This document shows positions 35,278 to 46,212 of a stretch of 64,000 nucleotides of DNA, piece after piece. The stretch is from an uncultured Lachnospiraceae bacterium. Its GTDB lineage: Bacteria > Bacillota > Clostridia > Lachnospirales > Lachnospiraceae. Position 1 is the first letter of the stretch. The number at the start of each line of letters is the position of its first letter. The notes beneath the pieces are model-generated. The model was given only the letters and a program-made list of their open reading frames with translations, searched no databases and had not been told where the DNA came from. Position numbers and translations under genes: made by a program. Where the stretch lies: NCBI GenBank assembly GCA_910579325.1, contig CAJTTU010000002.1, positions 32,106 through 96,105 of the forward strand. Direction: 5' to 3'.

Positions 35278-36930
35278 ATGGATGAAACAAACGGAATGAA
35301 CAGTATGGAAAACAGTACGGTAACACCTTACGAGGGAGTATCCCCGGATTTATTTGAACCGCCGAAAAACAATAAGAAAAAATGGCTTCTGGCCGGCGGC
35401 GCGGCGGTGATTCTGATTGCGGTGATCGGGGTCATAGCAGTGGCAGGTTCTTTCTTTTTTCAGAACAGCCAGAAAAGGTTTGTGACGGCGCTTGTAAAAG
35501 CCATGACCAGCGCGCCCGAAGAGTCGGAGGACCTGTTCGGCTTTGAGCAGATGGCCGAGGCGGTGAAAGAGACGCCCTATCATTACGGCGGTTCTCTGGT
35601 GCTGGAGGACAGCAATCTCACCGATCTGGCGGCATTCAGCGGACTGGGATTTTCGGCGGAGATCGGCGTGGACTATAATACGGAACGGCGCGGTATGGCC
35701 GAGTTTATGGTATCTTACGGCGGCATGGATGTGGCAGGGCTTTCTTATTATCTGGACCCCAAAGGGCTTGCGCTGTTTCTGCCGGGGCTGTCGGAACGCC
35801 TTCTGGAATTGGATTATCAGGAGGGCTTTGAACAGCGGCTGTATTCGTCTTACATGATGGAAAGTATGGGAATGGATCAGTATGAGATGGAAGAATTTGC
35901 CGCTATGCTGATTGCCGTGAGGGAAATGATGGAAGGGGCAGAGACGGCGGAGCAGACCGGCTCCCAAGAAATCGCGAAACGTTTTCAGAATACGGTGGAT
36001 CTGGCAAAGCGGCTGGAAGATGAAATGGAGGTTGAGCGCTCCGACAGCAAAAGCTTTACCATAAACGGAAAGGAAACCACCTGTACCGGATACACGGCCG
36101 TTATTTCCCATGACACGCTGATGGCCATGTTTGAGGATGTGAAGGATTTTATTGTGGCGGATGAAGAAGCCGGACAGATGGTATATGAGTTTATGAGCCA
36201 GATGGATGTGCTGACGGGGGGCGGCCTGATCAGCGGGGACAGGGAAGATCTGGAAGCGGATCTGGATCGTCTGCTGGACCGTCTGGACGAGTCTTTTGAT
36301 GACATTAAAATGAAGGGCTATATCGACCATTCCGGAAATATGGCTTCTCTGACCATAGAGACTGGTTTTGAAGCTGACGGGGATCAGGTGGATTTCAGTG
36401 AGGAAATCCTCTTTAAAGGCGGTTCTTATCTGGCGGAGAACATGGAAGTTACCGTGGAAATGGACGACGGCTACAGCGATGTGGAATGTAAAGTGACCAG
36501 AGAGGGCAGCACGGAGGATGAAGTAACGGATACATCATACAAGCTGTCTGTGCGGGTAGACGGAGAGAAGCTTCTGACTTCCACCTTTGGCAGTACCCTG
36601 AACCGGGATACGAAGGAAGCCTCCATGGATGCCATGATCAGGGCTGACAGTATGTATGTTTCTCTGGACATGAAAGCGGACGGCGTATTTGATCAGATCG
36701 ACAAAGGAAAAGGCTTCCATTTTGATATGGATAATCTGCGGCTGCGGGCGGTGGGCGCCACGCTGAATTTCTCCGGCGAGGTGTACTGCGGACCGATGGA
36801 TGCCCTTGAGAAGCCGGAAGGGGAAACCTTTGATATGCTTACGGACAGCGAGATGGACTGGGAGATTCTGGCCATGGAGATTGTCGATAAGCTGTACGAA
36901 CTGGAAGACAAGCTGGAGCTTGGCTGGTAA
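35278..36930 (+). CDS. Membrane-anchored hypothetical protein (550 aa)
   Basis: One N-terminal TM helix (WLLAGGAAVILIAVIGVIAVAG) and a large acidic extracytoplasmic domain. No family recognised. Confidence 0.55.
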   Translation: MDETNGMNSMENSTVTPYEGVSPDLFEPPKNNKKKWLLAGGAAVILIAVIGVIAVAGSFFFQNSQKRFVTALVKAMTSAPEESEDLFGFEQMAEAVKETPYHYGGSLVLEDSNLTDLAAFSGLGFSAEIGVDYNTERRGMAEFMVSYGGMDVAGLSYYLDPKGLALFLPGLSERLLELDYQEGFEQRLYSSYMMESMGMDQYEMEEFAAMLIAVREMMEGAETAEQTGSQEIAKRFQNTVDLAKRLEDEMEVERSDSKSFTINGKETTCTGYTAVISHDTLMAMFEDVKDFIVADEEAGQMVYEFMSQMDVLTGGGLISGDREDLEADLDRLLDRLDESFDDIKMKGYIDHSGNMASLTIETGFEADGDQVDFSEEILFKGGSYLAENMEVTVEMDDGYSDVECKVTREGSTEDEVTDTSYKLSVRVDGEKLLTSTFGSTLNRDTKEASMDAMIRADSMYVSLDMKADGVFDQIDKGKGFHFDMDNLRLRAVGATLNFSGEVYCGPMDALEKPEGETFDMLTDSEMDWEILAMEIVDKLYELEDKLELGW

Positions 36931-36931
36931 G

Positions 36932-38140
36932 ATGAGACAAATCTGCGAATATCAATTTCTTCAGATTAAACGGGCGTTAAAGCTGCTGCCTGCTGTTGTG
37001 GCCGTATCTCTTTTGTTCGGGGTTCTGGCGGCAGGGGCGGCCTTTGGCGGCGCCAGACTGCTGTATCAGGATCAGGCGGCAGGGAGAATTACGGTGGCGG
37101 TCGTGACGGAGGCGGACGACGCTGCGGGGCAGATGGCGCTGTCCATGCTTGGCAGTATGGACAGTGTGGAAAGCATCTGTGATTTTGTGGAGACAACTGA
37201 GCCGGAAGCAAGAGAAGGATTGAAAGGGGGCCGCTATTACGCGGCCCTGTTGATTCCGCCCCGGATGGTGGAAGGGATTATGGACGGCACAAATACGCCG
37301 GTCAGGGTACTCCTTTCCGGACAGGGGGGACTGGAAACGCTGCTTTTGCGGCAGCTGACAGAGTCCGGCGCCCAGATGCTTGACGCGGCCCAGGCCGGAA
37401 TCTACGCGGCTGACTTTTACTGTGGGGAGCAGGGGATGGAACAGCTGATTCCCCAGGTAGAGCTGTTTTTAAATAAGGTTTATCTGGATTACGCGATGAA
37501 CAGGGAAAGCTGGTTTAGAAAGATCACGGTTTCGGCGTTGGGAGAAATGGACCTTTTGGGATATTATGGGACGACAGCGATCGCGCTGCTGCTGTTTCTG
37601 ATGGGCATACCCTGCGCCGCTTTCTGCTGTCGGGAGCCGCTGGCCCTTGATGAAAAGCTGCGGGCAGAGGGCATAGGACCCTGTGTACAGCTCTTGGTGA
37701 AGATTCTGGCGGCAGCGGCGCTGCTTCTGGCTTCCGTGCTGCTTTTGGCCATTCCGGTGTCGGCAGGACTCTCGCGATGGGGGATGCGAAGGCTGGCGCT
37801 GAACGGATATTCGGCGCTCTGCGCAGCGGCGGCTATCCTGGTCTGCGCTTCGGTAATTGTCTTTTGTTTTGAGGCTGCCGGCAGACTGCTGGCGGGGACA
37901 TTGCTGCTGTTTGTCCTGACAGGAGCGTTGATTTTCCTTTCCGGGGGACTTCTGCCCGCAGCGTTTTTGCCCGGGATATTAAGACAGTTCTCATGCTGGA
38001 ATCCGGCGTCGGCGGTCAGAGGGCTGCTGGGGCCTCTGTTCGGATATGGCGTTGGCTGGCAGGCGGGCGCGGCTGCCATTGGCAGTTTTTTTGTGTTTTT
38101 CAGCCTGGGACTTTGGAGCAGGAGACGGATGCGGCAATGA
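36932..38140 (+). CDS. Putative ABC-2-type permease
   Basis: One N-terminal TM helix, a large loop, then about 5 C-terminal TM helices. The start is 2 nt after the upstream stop. Confidence 0.5.
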   Translation: MRQICEYQFLQIKRALKLLPAVVAVSLLFGVLAAGAAFGGARLLYQDQAAGRITVAVVTEADDAAGQMALSMLGSMDSVESICDFVETTEPEAREGLKGGRYYAALLIPPRMVEGIMDGTNTPVRVLLSGQGGLETLLLRQLTESGAQMLDAAQAGIYAADFYCGEQGMEQLIPQVELFLNKVYLDYAMNRESWFRKITVSALGEMDLLGYYGTTAIALLLFLMGIPCAAFCCREPLALDEKLRAEGIGPCVQLLVKILAAAALLLASVLLLAIPVSAGLSRWGMRRLALNGYSALCAAAAILVCASVIVFCFEAAGRLLAGTLLLFVLTGALIFLSGGLLPAAFLPGILRQFSCWNPASAVRGLLGPLFGYGVGWQAGAAAIGSFFVFFSLGLWSRRRMRQ

Positions 38141-39192
38141 AATTAGGATTCTGGTTTTGGCTATGTGTGAAAAGGCAGATCAAAAAGCTGACGTTCTGGA
38201 TGCAGCTGATGATTCTGCCTCTGGCTGCGTTTGTATACAACGGGGCGGCAGGGCGGGAGGAAGGACTTCTTAAAGTGGCGCTGGCGGTGGAGACAGACGA
38301 GACAGGACTTTCTGAGCAGGCGGCCCGGCTGCTGATCTCGCGGGAGGGCCCTCTGAAATTTTACCGCTGCGACAGCAGAGAACAGCTGCTGCGTGACGTG
38401 GAATCCGGACGGGCAGAGTGCGGGTTTGTATTCCGGGAAGGTTTTGGGGAAGGAATTGAGGACGGGGATCTGAAAAAAACCGTTGAGCTGGTTCAGTCCC
38501 CATCCACGGTGGCCGGAGAGCTGGCGGCCGAGTCGGTCAGCGGGGCGGTCATGTCTCTGGTGGGGCCAGATGGCCTGAAGAAACTGGCTTCTCAGGATTT
38601 TTTCCGGCAGTCAGGCGCAGACGCCGAAGGGGCCCGTGTGAGAATGATGGAGCTTTACGACCGGTTTTTAACGGACGGCAGTACCTTTTCCTTTCTTTAT
38701 GAGACGGCTGACGGAACAGAGACAGACCCTCGCCGGTGGGAGCGCCAGGTTTTTCCGGCAAGGGGATTGGGCGCGGTATATATCTGGGCGGCGGCTCTGT
38801 TCGCGGCGGCGGCTGTTTATGGGGATGAAAAAAAAGGGGTTTACGGCAGTATGCCGGGAAGCTGGAAATATGCGGCGGTTTATCTGTCGACGCTGACGCC
38901 GGCGCTGCCGGCGGCCGGCTCCTGTCTGCTGGCGACTGCGCTGTCGGGCGCCTGGACGTCAGCGGGCCGGGAGTTGTCCGCCGTTATACTTTATTCCATG
39001 GCGGCGGCGCTGACGGCGGTTTTGCTGTGGCTGATTGCGCGCCGGGAGAAGCTGTTATGTGCCGTGATTCCGGCGCTGCTGTTCGGCAGCCTGGTGCTCT
39101 GTCCGACTGTGATCGACTTAGGGCAGTGGATTCCGGCCGTTGCCTTTTTACAGAGGCTGTTTCCGCCTTATTATTACCTGGCTTTGTTTTAA
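38137..39192 (+). CDS. Putative ABC-2-type permease, second subunit
   Basis: ATGA overlap with the upstream gene and the same topology pattern. Confidence 0.5.
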   Translation: MKLGFWFWLCVKRQIKKLTFWMQLMILPLAAFVYNGAAGREEGLLKVALAVETDETGLSEQAARLLISREGPLKFYRCDSREQLLRDVESGRAECGFVFREGFGEGIEDGDLKKTVELVQSPSTVAGELAAESVSGAVMSLVGPDGLKKLASQDFFRQSGADAEGARVRMMELYDRFLTDGSTFSFLYETADGTETDPRRWERQVFPARGLGAVYIWAAALFAAAAVYGDEKKGVYGSMPGSWKYAAVYLSTLTPALPAAGSCLLATALSGAWTSAGRELSAVILYSMAAALTAVLLWLIARREKLLCAVIPALLFGSLVLCPTVIDLGQWIPAVAFLQRLFPPYYYLALF

Positions 39193-39312
39193 TATACTTT
39201 TCAAGCGGCAGGATTAATGGTATAATGTCAAAAGACATTATGCCGGTCTATGGCAGAGCGAAGCGTATGTTCGCCCGAAGACATGGCATAGTACCGACAG
39301 AGGTATCCAATT

Positions 39313-41358
39313 ATGAAAAAAGGCAAACAATCCATAAATCGGCTGCAAAGCTATCTGATCACCCCTTTTTTATGTTCCGCGGTGATTATTGTGGCGAATG
39401 TGGCGATGCTGGCGTTGGACCGGAGGGCGGCAGCGCTGATGCTTCCGGCCAGCTGTATCTGTCTGATTCTCTCCGTCGTCCTTTATCTTTACCGGAAGCC
39501 CCTTCTCCTGAAAGACCTGGTGAATTTTTCCATGGAACATGCCCAGGTGCAGAATCAGCTTTTGCGGGCGCTGCCGATGCCTTATGCGATTATTGACGAG
39601 GCGGGAAAGATTCTGTGGATCAATTACGCGTTTCAGCGGGAGATCGGAAAAGAAAAAAATAAAAATATCAGGACCCTGTTTCCCGAGGTGAAGCGAAAGG
39701 ATATTCCGGTTGACGACGAGCATAGGATTATTAACGTGCGGCATGGGGACCGATACCTGCGGCTGGAGCTGGTAAATGTGGTTCTGCCCGGAGAATTTAC
39801 GGACAGCGGTTTTGCGGGAATGGGGGAGGAAGGGGGGCTCCCCCGCCTGCTGGCCCTCTATATTTTTGACGAGACAGAGAGCATTGGCCTGCGAAAAACC
39901 ATGGAAGAGGAACAGATGGTGGCCGGGCTGATCTATCTGGACAATTATGAGGAGGCTATGGCGCTGGTGGACGAGGTGCGAGTCACCGTGATTTCCGCCC
40001 TGGTGGACCGGAAAATTACCCGCTATTTTGCCCAGATGGGAGCCGTGATCAAAAAGCTGGAAAAAGACCGGTATTTTGTGGCGGTCAAGCAAAAGTATCT
40101 TCCTGTCATGACGGAGGATCATTTCCGGATTCTGGAGGATGTAAGAACCATGAATACCGGAACAGAAATTGCCTTTACACTAAGTATTGGTCTTGGCTGC
40201 GGTGCGGCCACTTATGAAGGGAATTATGAGTATGCCCGTACCGCCATCGATATGGCGCTGGGCCGGGGCGGCGATCAGGCGGTCATTAAGGATGGGGAGA
40301 ATATTTCCTATCACGGCGGAAAGTCCCAGGCCACGGAGAAAAATACCCGGGTGAAGGCCAGGGTAAAAGCCCATGCGTTAAAAGAGCTGCTGTTAAGCAA
40401 AGAGGAAGTGCTGATCATGGGCCATAAGCTGGGAGACGTGGATTCTCTGGGGGCAGCCATCGGCCTTTACCGGGCGGCGACTACGCTGGACCGCAAAACG
40501 CACATCGTGATCAATGATATCACCGCTCCGCTGCGTCCGGTGATCGAAAAGTTTAAAAACGACAGCGAATATCCGGAGGATCTGTTTTTAAACAGCAGTC
40601 AGGCCATGGAGGCGGTTACCCGCAATACGGTGGTGATTGTGGCGGATGTGAATCGCCCCAGCGTTACGGAGTGCCCGGAGCTGCTTGATATGTCGGACTA
40701 TATCGTGATTCTTGACCATCACAGACAGACCAGGGACAGTATCACCAATGCCGTTTTGTCCTATGTGGAGCCTTATGCTTCCTCTACCTGCGAGCTGGTG
40801 GCCGAGATTCTGCAGTATATCGGCGACGACATCAAAATCAGGGGAGTCGAGGCGGATGTGATGTACGGCGGCATTATTCTGGATACGGACAGCTTTTTGA
40901 GCAGGACGGGCGTCCGTACCTTTGAGGCGGCTGCCTTCCTGAGAAGAAGCGGCGCCGATATGACCAGGGTGAGAAAAATCTTCCGTGATAAGATGGAGGA
41001 TCATAAGGCCCAGGCCGAGGCGGTGCGCAGCGCAGAGATTTTTGAGAATGTATTTGCCATCACCACCTGCCCGGCGGAAGGGGTGGAAAGTCCTACGATC
41101 GTGGGCGCGAAGGCGGCCAATGAGCTGTTGAATGTGGTGGGCGTGGACGCTTCAATCGTGCTCACGGACTATCAGAATAAGATTTATGTCAGCGCCCGTT
41201 CCGGCGGAGAGATCAATGTGCAGCTGGTGATGGAAAAGCTGGGAGGCGGCGGCCACAGTACGATGGCCGGCGCTCAGCTGACCGGATGTACCGTCCAGGA
41301 AGCGCTGCAATATGTAAAGGTGACAATCAAACAAATGCTGGATGAGGGAGAAATTTAA
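39313..41358 (+). CDS. gdpP: Cyclic-di-AMP phosphodiesterase GdpP (DHH/DHHA1 with N-terminal TM, PAS-like and degenerate GGDEF regions)
   Basis: Two N-terminal TM helices. [16 protein letters not shown] and ILDHHR are DHH motifs, and [12 protein letters not shown] is DHHA1. Conserved position before rplI-dnaB. Confidence 0.85.
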   Translation: MKKGKQSINRLQSYLITPFLCSAVIIVANVAMLALDRRAAALMLPASCICLILSVVLYLYRKPLLLKDLVNFSMEHAQVQNQLLRALPMPYAIIDEAGKILWINYAFQREIGKEKNKNIRTLFPEVKRKDIPVDDEHRIINVRHGDRYLRLELVNVVLPGEFTDSGFAGMGEEGGLPRLLALYIFDETESIGLRKTMEEEQMVAGLIYLDNYEEAMALVDEVRVTVISALVDRKITRYFAQMGAVIKKLEKDRYFVAVKQKYLPVMTEDHFRILEDVRTMNTGTEIAFTLSIGLGCGAATYEGNYEYARTAIDMALGRGGDQAVIKDGENISYHGGKSQATEKNTRVKARVKAHALKELLLSKEEVLIMGHKLGDVDSLGAAIGLYRAATTLDRKTHIVINDITAPLRPVIEKFKNDSEYPEDLFLNSSQAMEAVTRNTVVIVADVNRPSVTECPELLDMSDYIVILDHHRQTRDSITNAVLSYVEPYASSTCELVAEILQYIGDDIKIRGVEADVMYGGIILDTDSFLSRTGVRTFEAAAFLRRSGADMTRVRKIFRDKMEDHKAQAEAVRSAEIFENVFAITTCPAEGVESPTIVGAKAANELLNVVGVDASIVLTDYQNKIYVSARSGGEINVQLVMEKLGGGGHSTMAGAQLTGCTVQEALQYVKVTIKQMLDEGEI

Positions 41359-41359
41359 G

Positions 41360-41806
41360 ATGAAAGTAGTATTATTGGAAGATGTAAAAGCGCTGGGGAA
41401 AAAAGGCGAGCTGGTGGAAGTCAGCGACGGCTATGCCAGGAATTTTATCCTGCCGAAGAAAAAGGGCATGGAAGCCACGGCTAAGAATCTGAACGATTTA
41501 AAATTGCAGAAGCAGCATCAGGACAAGCTGGCGGCAGAGCAGCTGGCGGAGGCGAAAGCGCTGGCGGAGAAGATTGATGCGGCTATAGTGGTGATGAAGG
41601 TGAAAACCGGCGAGGGCGGAAAGGTGTTCGGTTCCGTTTCCACAAAAGAAATCGCCCAGGCGGCGAAGGAACAGTGCGGTTTTGATCTGGACAAGAAGAA
41701 AATGGTATTGGAGGAGCCCATTAAAAGCTGCGGAAACCATATCATTCCTGTTAAGCTGCACCGGGAAGTGACGGCGAAGCTGACGGTGAAGGTGACGGAA
41801 GGCTGA
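41360..41806 (+). CDS. rplI: 50S ribosomal protein L9
   Basis: [34 protein letters not shown]. Confidence 0.92.
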   Translation: MKVVLLEDVKALGKKGELVEVSDGYARNFILPKKKGMEATAKNLNDLKLQKQHQDKLAAEQLAEAKALAEKIDAAIVVMKVKTGEGGKVFGSVSTKEIAQAAKEQCGFDLDKKKMVLEEPIKSCGNHIIPVKLHREVTAKLTVKVTEG

Positions 41807-41869
41807 CGAAAAAATATCCCTTTGTTATTTTTCGGGAGAGTTTCGGAATTCAATGCGAAAGAGGAGAAG

Positions 41870-43207
41870 ATGGAAGAAGCATTGATTAAACGGGTACAGC
41901 CCCATGACGCGGATGCGGAGCGGGCGGTGATCGGCGCTATGCTGATGGACAGAGAAGCCATCGTGATCGCGGCGGAATCTCTGCGGAAGGAGGATTTTTA
42001 CCAGCCGCAGCTGGGCGTTGTATTTGAAGCGATTGTGGAGATAAACAATGAGGGCAAGCCTGTTGACATGGTCATTCTCCAGGATCGTTTAAAGGAAAAG
42101 GATGTGCCGCCGGAGATCAGCAGCCTGGATTTCGTCAGGGGCCTGATGGATTTGCACCTGACTTCGGCGAATATTGATCATTATGTGCGGATTGTATATG
42201 AGAAAGCTCTGCTGCGCCGGCTGATCAGAGTGAACGAATCCATAGCGGACAGCTGTTACGCGGGAAATGAAAAGGTGGAGGATATTCTGGAAATGACAGA
42301 GAAGAATATCTTCGACCTTTTAAAACAGCGCGCGGCCAGCGATTATGTGCCGGTGGCCCAGATCGCGCTGAATACGCTGGAGCGCATCGAGCAGGCGGCC
42401 AGGGACAAAAGCTCCGTCACGGGCATTCCCACGGGATTTTCTGATCTGGACTATAAGCTGTCCGGGCTGCAGCCCTCTGACCTTGTGCTTGTGGCGGCCA
42501 GGCCCTCCATGGGAAAGACGGCATTTGTGCTGAATATCGCCCAGTATACCACGTTGCGGAAGGACTATCCCTGCGCCATATTCAGTCTGGAGATGTCAAA
42601 AGAACAGCTGATGAACCGTCTGTTCGCCATGGAGTCCCGTGTGGATTCCCAGGCGCTTCGGATCGGAAATCTGACAGATACGGACTGGGAAAAACTGGTG
42701 GAAAGCGTGGGCCTGATCGGAAATTCCGGTTTGATTATTGATGATACGCCGGGCATTTCCGTCAGTGAGCTGCGCAGTAAATGCCGGAAGTTTAAGCTGG
42801 AATTTGGCATTAAGCTGGTGATTATCGATTATCTGCAGCTGATGTCCGGCTCCGGCGCAAGAAGTTCTGATAGCAGGCAGCAGGAGATTTCCGACATTTC
42901 CCGGTCCTTAAAGGCGCTGGCCAGGGAGATCGAGTGTCCGGTGATCGCTCTTTCCCAGTTAAGCCGTGCCTGTGAGTCCCGCCAGGATCACCGGCCGATG
43001 CTGTCGGATTTGAGAGAGTCCGGGGCCATCGAGCAGGATGCGGATGTGGTGATGTTTATTTACCGGGACGATTATTATAATCATGACAGCGATAAAAAAG
43101 ATGTGGCGGAAATTATTATCGCCAAGCAGAGAAACGGTCCAATCGGGACCGTGGAGCTGAAATGGCTGCCCGACTACACGAAATTTGCGAATTTGGAAAG
43201 GGCATAA
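41870..43207 (+). CDS. dnaB: Replicative DNA helicase
   Basis: PHDADAERAVIGAML, Walker A ARPSMGKTAF, IIDYLQLM, LSQLSRA, QDADVVMFIYRDDYY. Confidence 0.93.
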   Translation: MEEALIKRVQPHDADAERAVIGAMLMDREAIVIAAESLRKEDFYQPQLGVVFEAIVEINNEGKPVDMVILQDRLKEKDVPPEISSLDFVRGLMDLHLTSANIDHYVRIVYEKALLRRLIRVNESIADSCYAGNEKVEDILEMTEKNIFDLLKQRAASDYVPVAQIALNTLERIEQAARDKSSVTGIPTGFSDLDYKLSGLQPSDLVLVAARPSMGKTAFVLNIAQYTTLRKDYPCAIFSLEMSKEQLMNRLFAMESRVDSQALRIGNLTDTDWEKLVESVGLIGNSGLIIDDTPGISVSELRSKCRKFKLEFGIKLVIIDYLQLMSGSGARSSDSRQQEISDISRSLKALAREIECPVIALSQLSRACESRQDHRPMLSDLRESGAIEQDADVVMFIYRDDYYNHDSDKKDVAEIIIAKQRNGPIGTVELKWLPDYTKFANLERA

Positions 43208-43208
43208 G

Positions 43209-43787
43209 ATGGCGAAACAGATCTGGAAACCGGGAAATATGCTGTATCCCCTTCCGGCGGTGCTGGTGAGCGTATCGGACGGGGAAGGACATGACAATCT
43301 GGCGACGGTGGCCTGGACCGGTACGGTATGCACCAATCCGCCCATGGTCTATATTTCTCTGCGCCCTTCCCGCTATTCCTGGCAGATGGTAAAGAAGACG
43401 GGAGAGTTTGTCATTAACCTGACCACGGAAGCGCTGGTCAGGGCCACGGACTGGTGCGGCGTCAAATCGGGCCGGGATGTGGATAAATGGAAGGAAGCGG
43501 GACTGACCAGGGGAAAGCCGGCAGCAGTATCCGTGCCAATCGTGGAGGAAAGCCCGGTGAATATCGAGTGCCGGGTCACTCAGGTTTTGGAGCTTGGCTC
43601 TCACCATATGTTTCTGGCGCAGGTGGAGGCGGTTCAGGTATCTTCCGAGTACCTGGATGCAAAGGGAAAATTCCACCTGAACCGATGCGAACCGCTGGTA
43701 TATTCCCACGGAGACTACTACGGATTGGGGAAATGGCGGGGAAATTTTGGATATAGCGTGAAAAAGAAAGGAAAGAGTCGAAAATAA
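43209..43787 (+). CDS. Flavin reductase-like (flavoredoxin) domain protein
   Basis: LYPLPAVLVSV...NLATVAWTGTVCTNPPMVYISLRPSRYS...EFVINL. Confidence 0.75.
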   Translation: MAKQIWKPGNMLYPLPAVLVSVSDGEGHDNLATVAWTGTVCTNPPMVYISLRPSRYSWQMVKKTGEFVINLTTEALVRATDWCGVKSGRDVDKWKEAGLTRGKPAAVSVPIVEESPVNIECRVTQVLELGSHHMFLAQVEAVQVSSEYLDAKGKFHLNRCEPLVYSHGDYYGLGKWRGNFGYSVKKKGKSRK

Positions 43788-43905
43788 ATTCCAAAAAATG
43801 GGATATCCATTATTGCAAATGGGGGTTTATGTGTTATAATGTTGGAGTAAGCAACTGTGGCACGGAGAACGTTGCAAAATTGAATATCTTATCCAGAAAG
43901 GGGAC

Positions 43906-44544
43906 ATGAGGATGGGGGACAACCATTACCGTATCTCGGAGGCTTCGAAGAAGCTGAACGTAGAGGATCATGTTTTACGATACTGGGAAGAAGATTTAGG
44001 GATGGATATTCCCCGGAATGAGATGGGCCATCGCTATTATACCGATGTACATATCGAGACATTTCAGAGAATCAAGGAGATGAAGGAGCTGGGGTGCCAG
44101 CTGAAGGAAATCCGCCAGAGACTGTTGGACGAGGGAAATGAAACGCTGTTTCGGGAGCTGGGCGACGAGGTAGCCATGACAGACGCCAGGGCGCTGCCGG
44201 CGGACCGGTTGGAGCAGTTTCAGAATCTGATGGTTCATGTGGTGGCCCAGGCCATCGAAACCAGCAATGAACGGCTGGGCGAGCAGGTCAGCGAACAGGT
44301 CAGCCAGAGAGTGTTAAAGGAGATGAACTACCAGCTGCGTATGCGGGAGGAGCGGGAAGAAGAGCGCTATAAAAAGCTGGACGAGGCATTGCGGAACGTA
44401 CAGAAGAGTCGCAAGCTGCAGGCAGAGATGCCGGACCAGAGCCGCATCGTGCAAATGAAAAAGAAAAGAGGTTTGTTCGGACGGAACCGGAAAGAAGCGG
44501 AGAAAGAGAACAGAAAGACCCGGTTTGCGGACATGCTTTCATAA
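43906..44544 (+). CDS. MerR-family transcriptional regulator with a long charged C-terminal region
   Basis: YRISEASKKLNVEDHVLRYWEE...GHRYYTDVHIETFQRIKEMKELG is a MerR HTH. Confidence 0.75.
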   Translation: MRMGDNHYRISEASKKLNVEDHVLRYWEEDLGMDIPRNEMGHRYYTDVHIETFQRIKEMKELGCQLKEIRQRLLDEGNETLFRELGDEVAMTDARALPADRLEQFQNLMVHVVAQAIETSNERLGEQVSEQVSQRVLKEMNYQLRMREEREEERYKKLDEALRNVQKSRKLQAEMPDQSRIVQMKKKRGLFGRNRKEAEKENRKTRFADMLS

Positions 44545-44606
44545 ATAAATGCCCTTGTCGTTTTCACGGTCCTACAATAGGAAGTTCAGAAGATTTTCCT
44601 GTGGTA

Positions 44607-44644
44607 TAAAAAATAGCCCGGCTTGACAGCCAGGCTATTTTAAT
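44607..44644. terminator. Bidirectional terminator between the MerR gene and the ferredoxin gene
   Basis: aaatagcccggct pairs with agccaggctattt (one mismatch), flanked by an A-run and a T-run. Confidence 0.7.
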
Positions 44645-44665
44645 GTGCTCCGATTGGAGTCAGTC

Positions 44666-44839
44666 TCATTCGCCAGCGGAGATTGCATCGTTGGGACATG
44701 CGTCAGCGCAGCTACCGCAATCTACACACTCATCAGCGTTGATCACATACTTGCCATCGCCTTCGGTGATCGCGTCGTTAGGACACTCATCAGCGCAAGA
44801 ACCACAAGCTACACACTCATCACTAATTACATATGCCAT
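44666..44839 (-). CDS. 2x[4Fe-4S] clostridial-type ferredoxin (57 aa, below the ORF-track cutoff)
   Basis: Hand translation gives [57 protein letters not shown], with two CxxCxxCxxxCP motifs. Confidence 0.88.
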   Translation of the reverse strand: MAYVISDECVACGSCADECPNDAITEGDGKYVINADECVDCGSCADACPNDAISAGE

Positions 44840-45157
44840 TGGTCTGATCCTCCTTTTAGACTTTTTATGTACGCAGGGGGCGGTAGGCCCTCCTTAATAC
44901 CTGGTTACATTGTAATACAGAAAGGTATATAATTCAAGTGGAATTTTCTTGTTTCACAGGAAAGTTCTTTAAACTGTTCAATCGTAAACGGACCAGCGCC
45001 GACCAATCGCAAAAGTGGGCTTGCCAAGAAATCAGTGTTATACTATAATATCTCATAGAGTTAAAAAACAGACAGGGCATTCCGGCAGGCTTACCCGTAA
45101 AAGATAGCCGTAAGGTAATTTCAGGATGCCCGGATAAAACAATGGAGGTATCTCATA

Positions 45158-45367
45158 ATGGCAAAACAGGTTTCAAAAGATATGCTGATCAGCGAGCTTC
45201 TGGAGGTTGACCCCGGCATCGTTCCGATTCTGATGGCTGCGGGCATGGGCTGCATCGGCTGCCCTTCCGCGCAGGGCGAGTCTCTGGAAGAGGCGGCTGC
45301 GGTACACGGCATTGACGGCGAGGCGCTGGTAGCGAGGATTAATGAATATCTGACGTTAAAAGGCTGA
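45158..45367 (+). CDS. DUF1858 (hybrid-cluster-protein-associated redox disulfide) domain protein
   Basis: [60 protein letters not shown]-17-TATAAT promoter lies at 45021-45049. Confidence 0.7.
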   Translation: MAKQVSKDMLISELLEVDPGIVPILMAAGMGCIGCPSAQGESLEEAAAVHGIDGEALVARINEYLTLKG

Positions 45368-45432
45368 AAAAGCGTAATAAAAAATGGGGGCGGAATGCTC
45401 CCATTTTTTTATATCAAACCGGCTGCGTCTCT

Positions 45433-46212
45433 TTAGATCAGTGCCAGCCGCTGTAAAGCCACATCCGCAATGAACTTTTCATAGTGCTCTTCATAATAAG
45501 CGTTTGTCGCGTAAGCGCTCTTCACTCTCCTGCCGTATTCCAGCAAAATATTGCACACTCGGTTAAATTCCTCCGGGCTGTGGGAGGATTTGTTGATGAC
45601 CAGGAAATATGCGCCGTCGGGAGAGCGGTAAAGGGTGTTTAAGCCAAAATAAGTATCGGACAGGACCGCCGCTACCCTGGTGATATCCTCCAGATTTTTG
45701 AAGGAGTAAATGCGCACCAGGTTTACCCTGTCTACGCTGTCCTTGATGGCTTCAGGCTGCAGCAGGTCGTGTTCCTGAACCACCTCAGTGCTTTGCTTTG
45801 TCTTGCTCTGCTGATTTTTCCGGTTTTCCAGAAGCATGTTGAAGATATCCAGTATGTCGTCTGCGCCTTCCGGAGGTTCTCTGTCCGATTTCCCGAAGCC
45901 GCCCGTGCCGTCAGGAAAAGCCTGGGAGGGGGCAAATTTGGAAAATCGGCTGTCCAGCTCGTCGGGATCGTCAATTTTTGTTATGATTAATATGATTTTT
46001 TCACCGGTTAAGGGGATTGCCTCCACCATAAGCGGCATATCGTTGACTTCGAAGCCGCATTGCTCGTATGCTGTCTGAATCATCTCCTGAAACAGGGAAC
46101 GGGCTTTTTCGCTTCCATATGCCAATTCGCTTAGATTCAGCTCCCGGGAATTCAGATCCTCCCGGTTTAAGGTGCAGCGAATCTGGTTGTCGCTGATTTT
46201 TTCTATATCCAA
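45433..46212 (-). CDS. mecA: Adaptor protein MecA
   Basis: MDIEKISDNQIRCTLNREDL...SLFQEMI...LMVEAIPLTGEKIILIITK is colinear with the MecA N-domain. Acidic linker and C-terminal domain follow. Confidence 0.8.
   Translation of the reverse strand: MDIEKISDNQIRCTLNREDLNSRELNLSELAYGSEKARSLFQEMIQTAYEQCGFEVNDMPLMVEAIPLTGEKIILIITKIDDPDELDSRFSKFAPSQAFPDGTGGFGKSDREPPEGADDILDIFNMLLENRKNQQSKTKQSTEVVQEHDLLQPEAIKDSVDRVNLVRIYSFKNLEDITRVAAVLSDTYFGLNTLYRSPDGAYFLVINKSSHSPEEFNRVCNILLEYGRRVKSAYATNAYYEEHYEKFIADVALQRLALI

Noticed and set aside
35350-36330. 326-aa minus-strand ORF
   Set aside because: It is antisense to the 550-aa anchored protein gene, which is translationally packed within the operon. It has His/Arg/Phe-rich composition and no RBS.
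39370-40122. 250-aa minus-strand ORF
   Set aside because: It is antisense to gdpP, which is confidently identified by DHH/DHHA1 motifs and synteny.
45056-45157. Riboswitch-like leader of the DUF1858 gene
   Set aside because: Only short stems exist (gggcat/atgccc and cttac/gtaag), with no recognisable conserved core and no second copy to test covariation.
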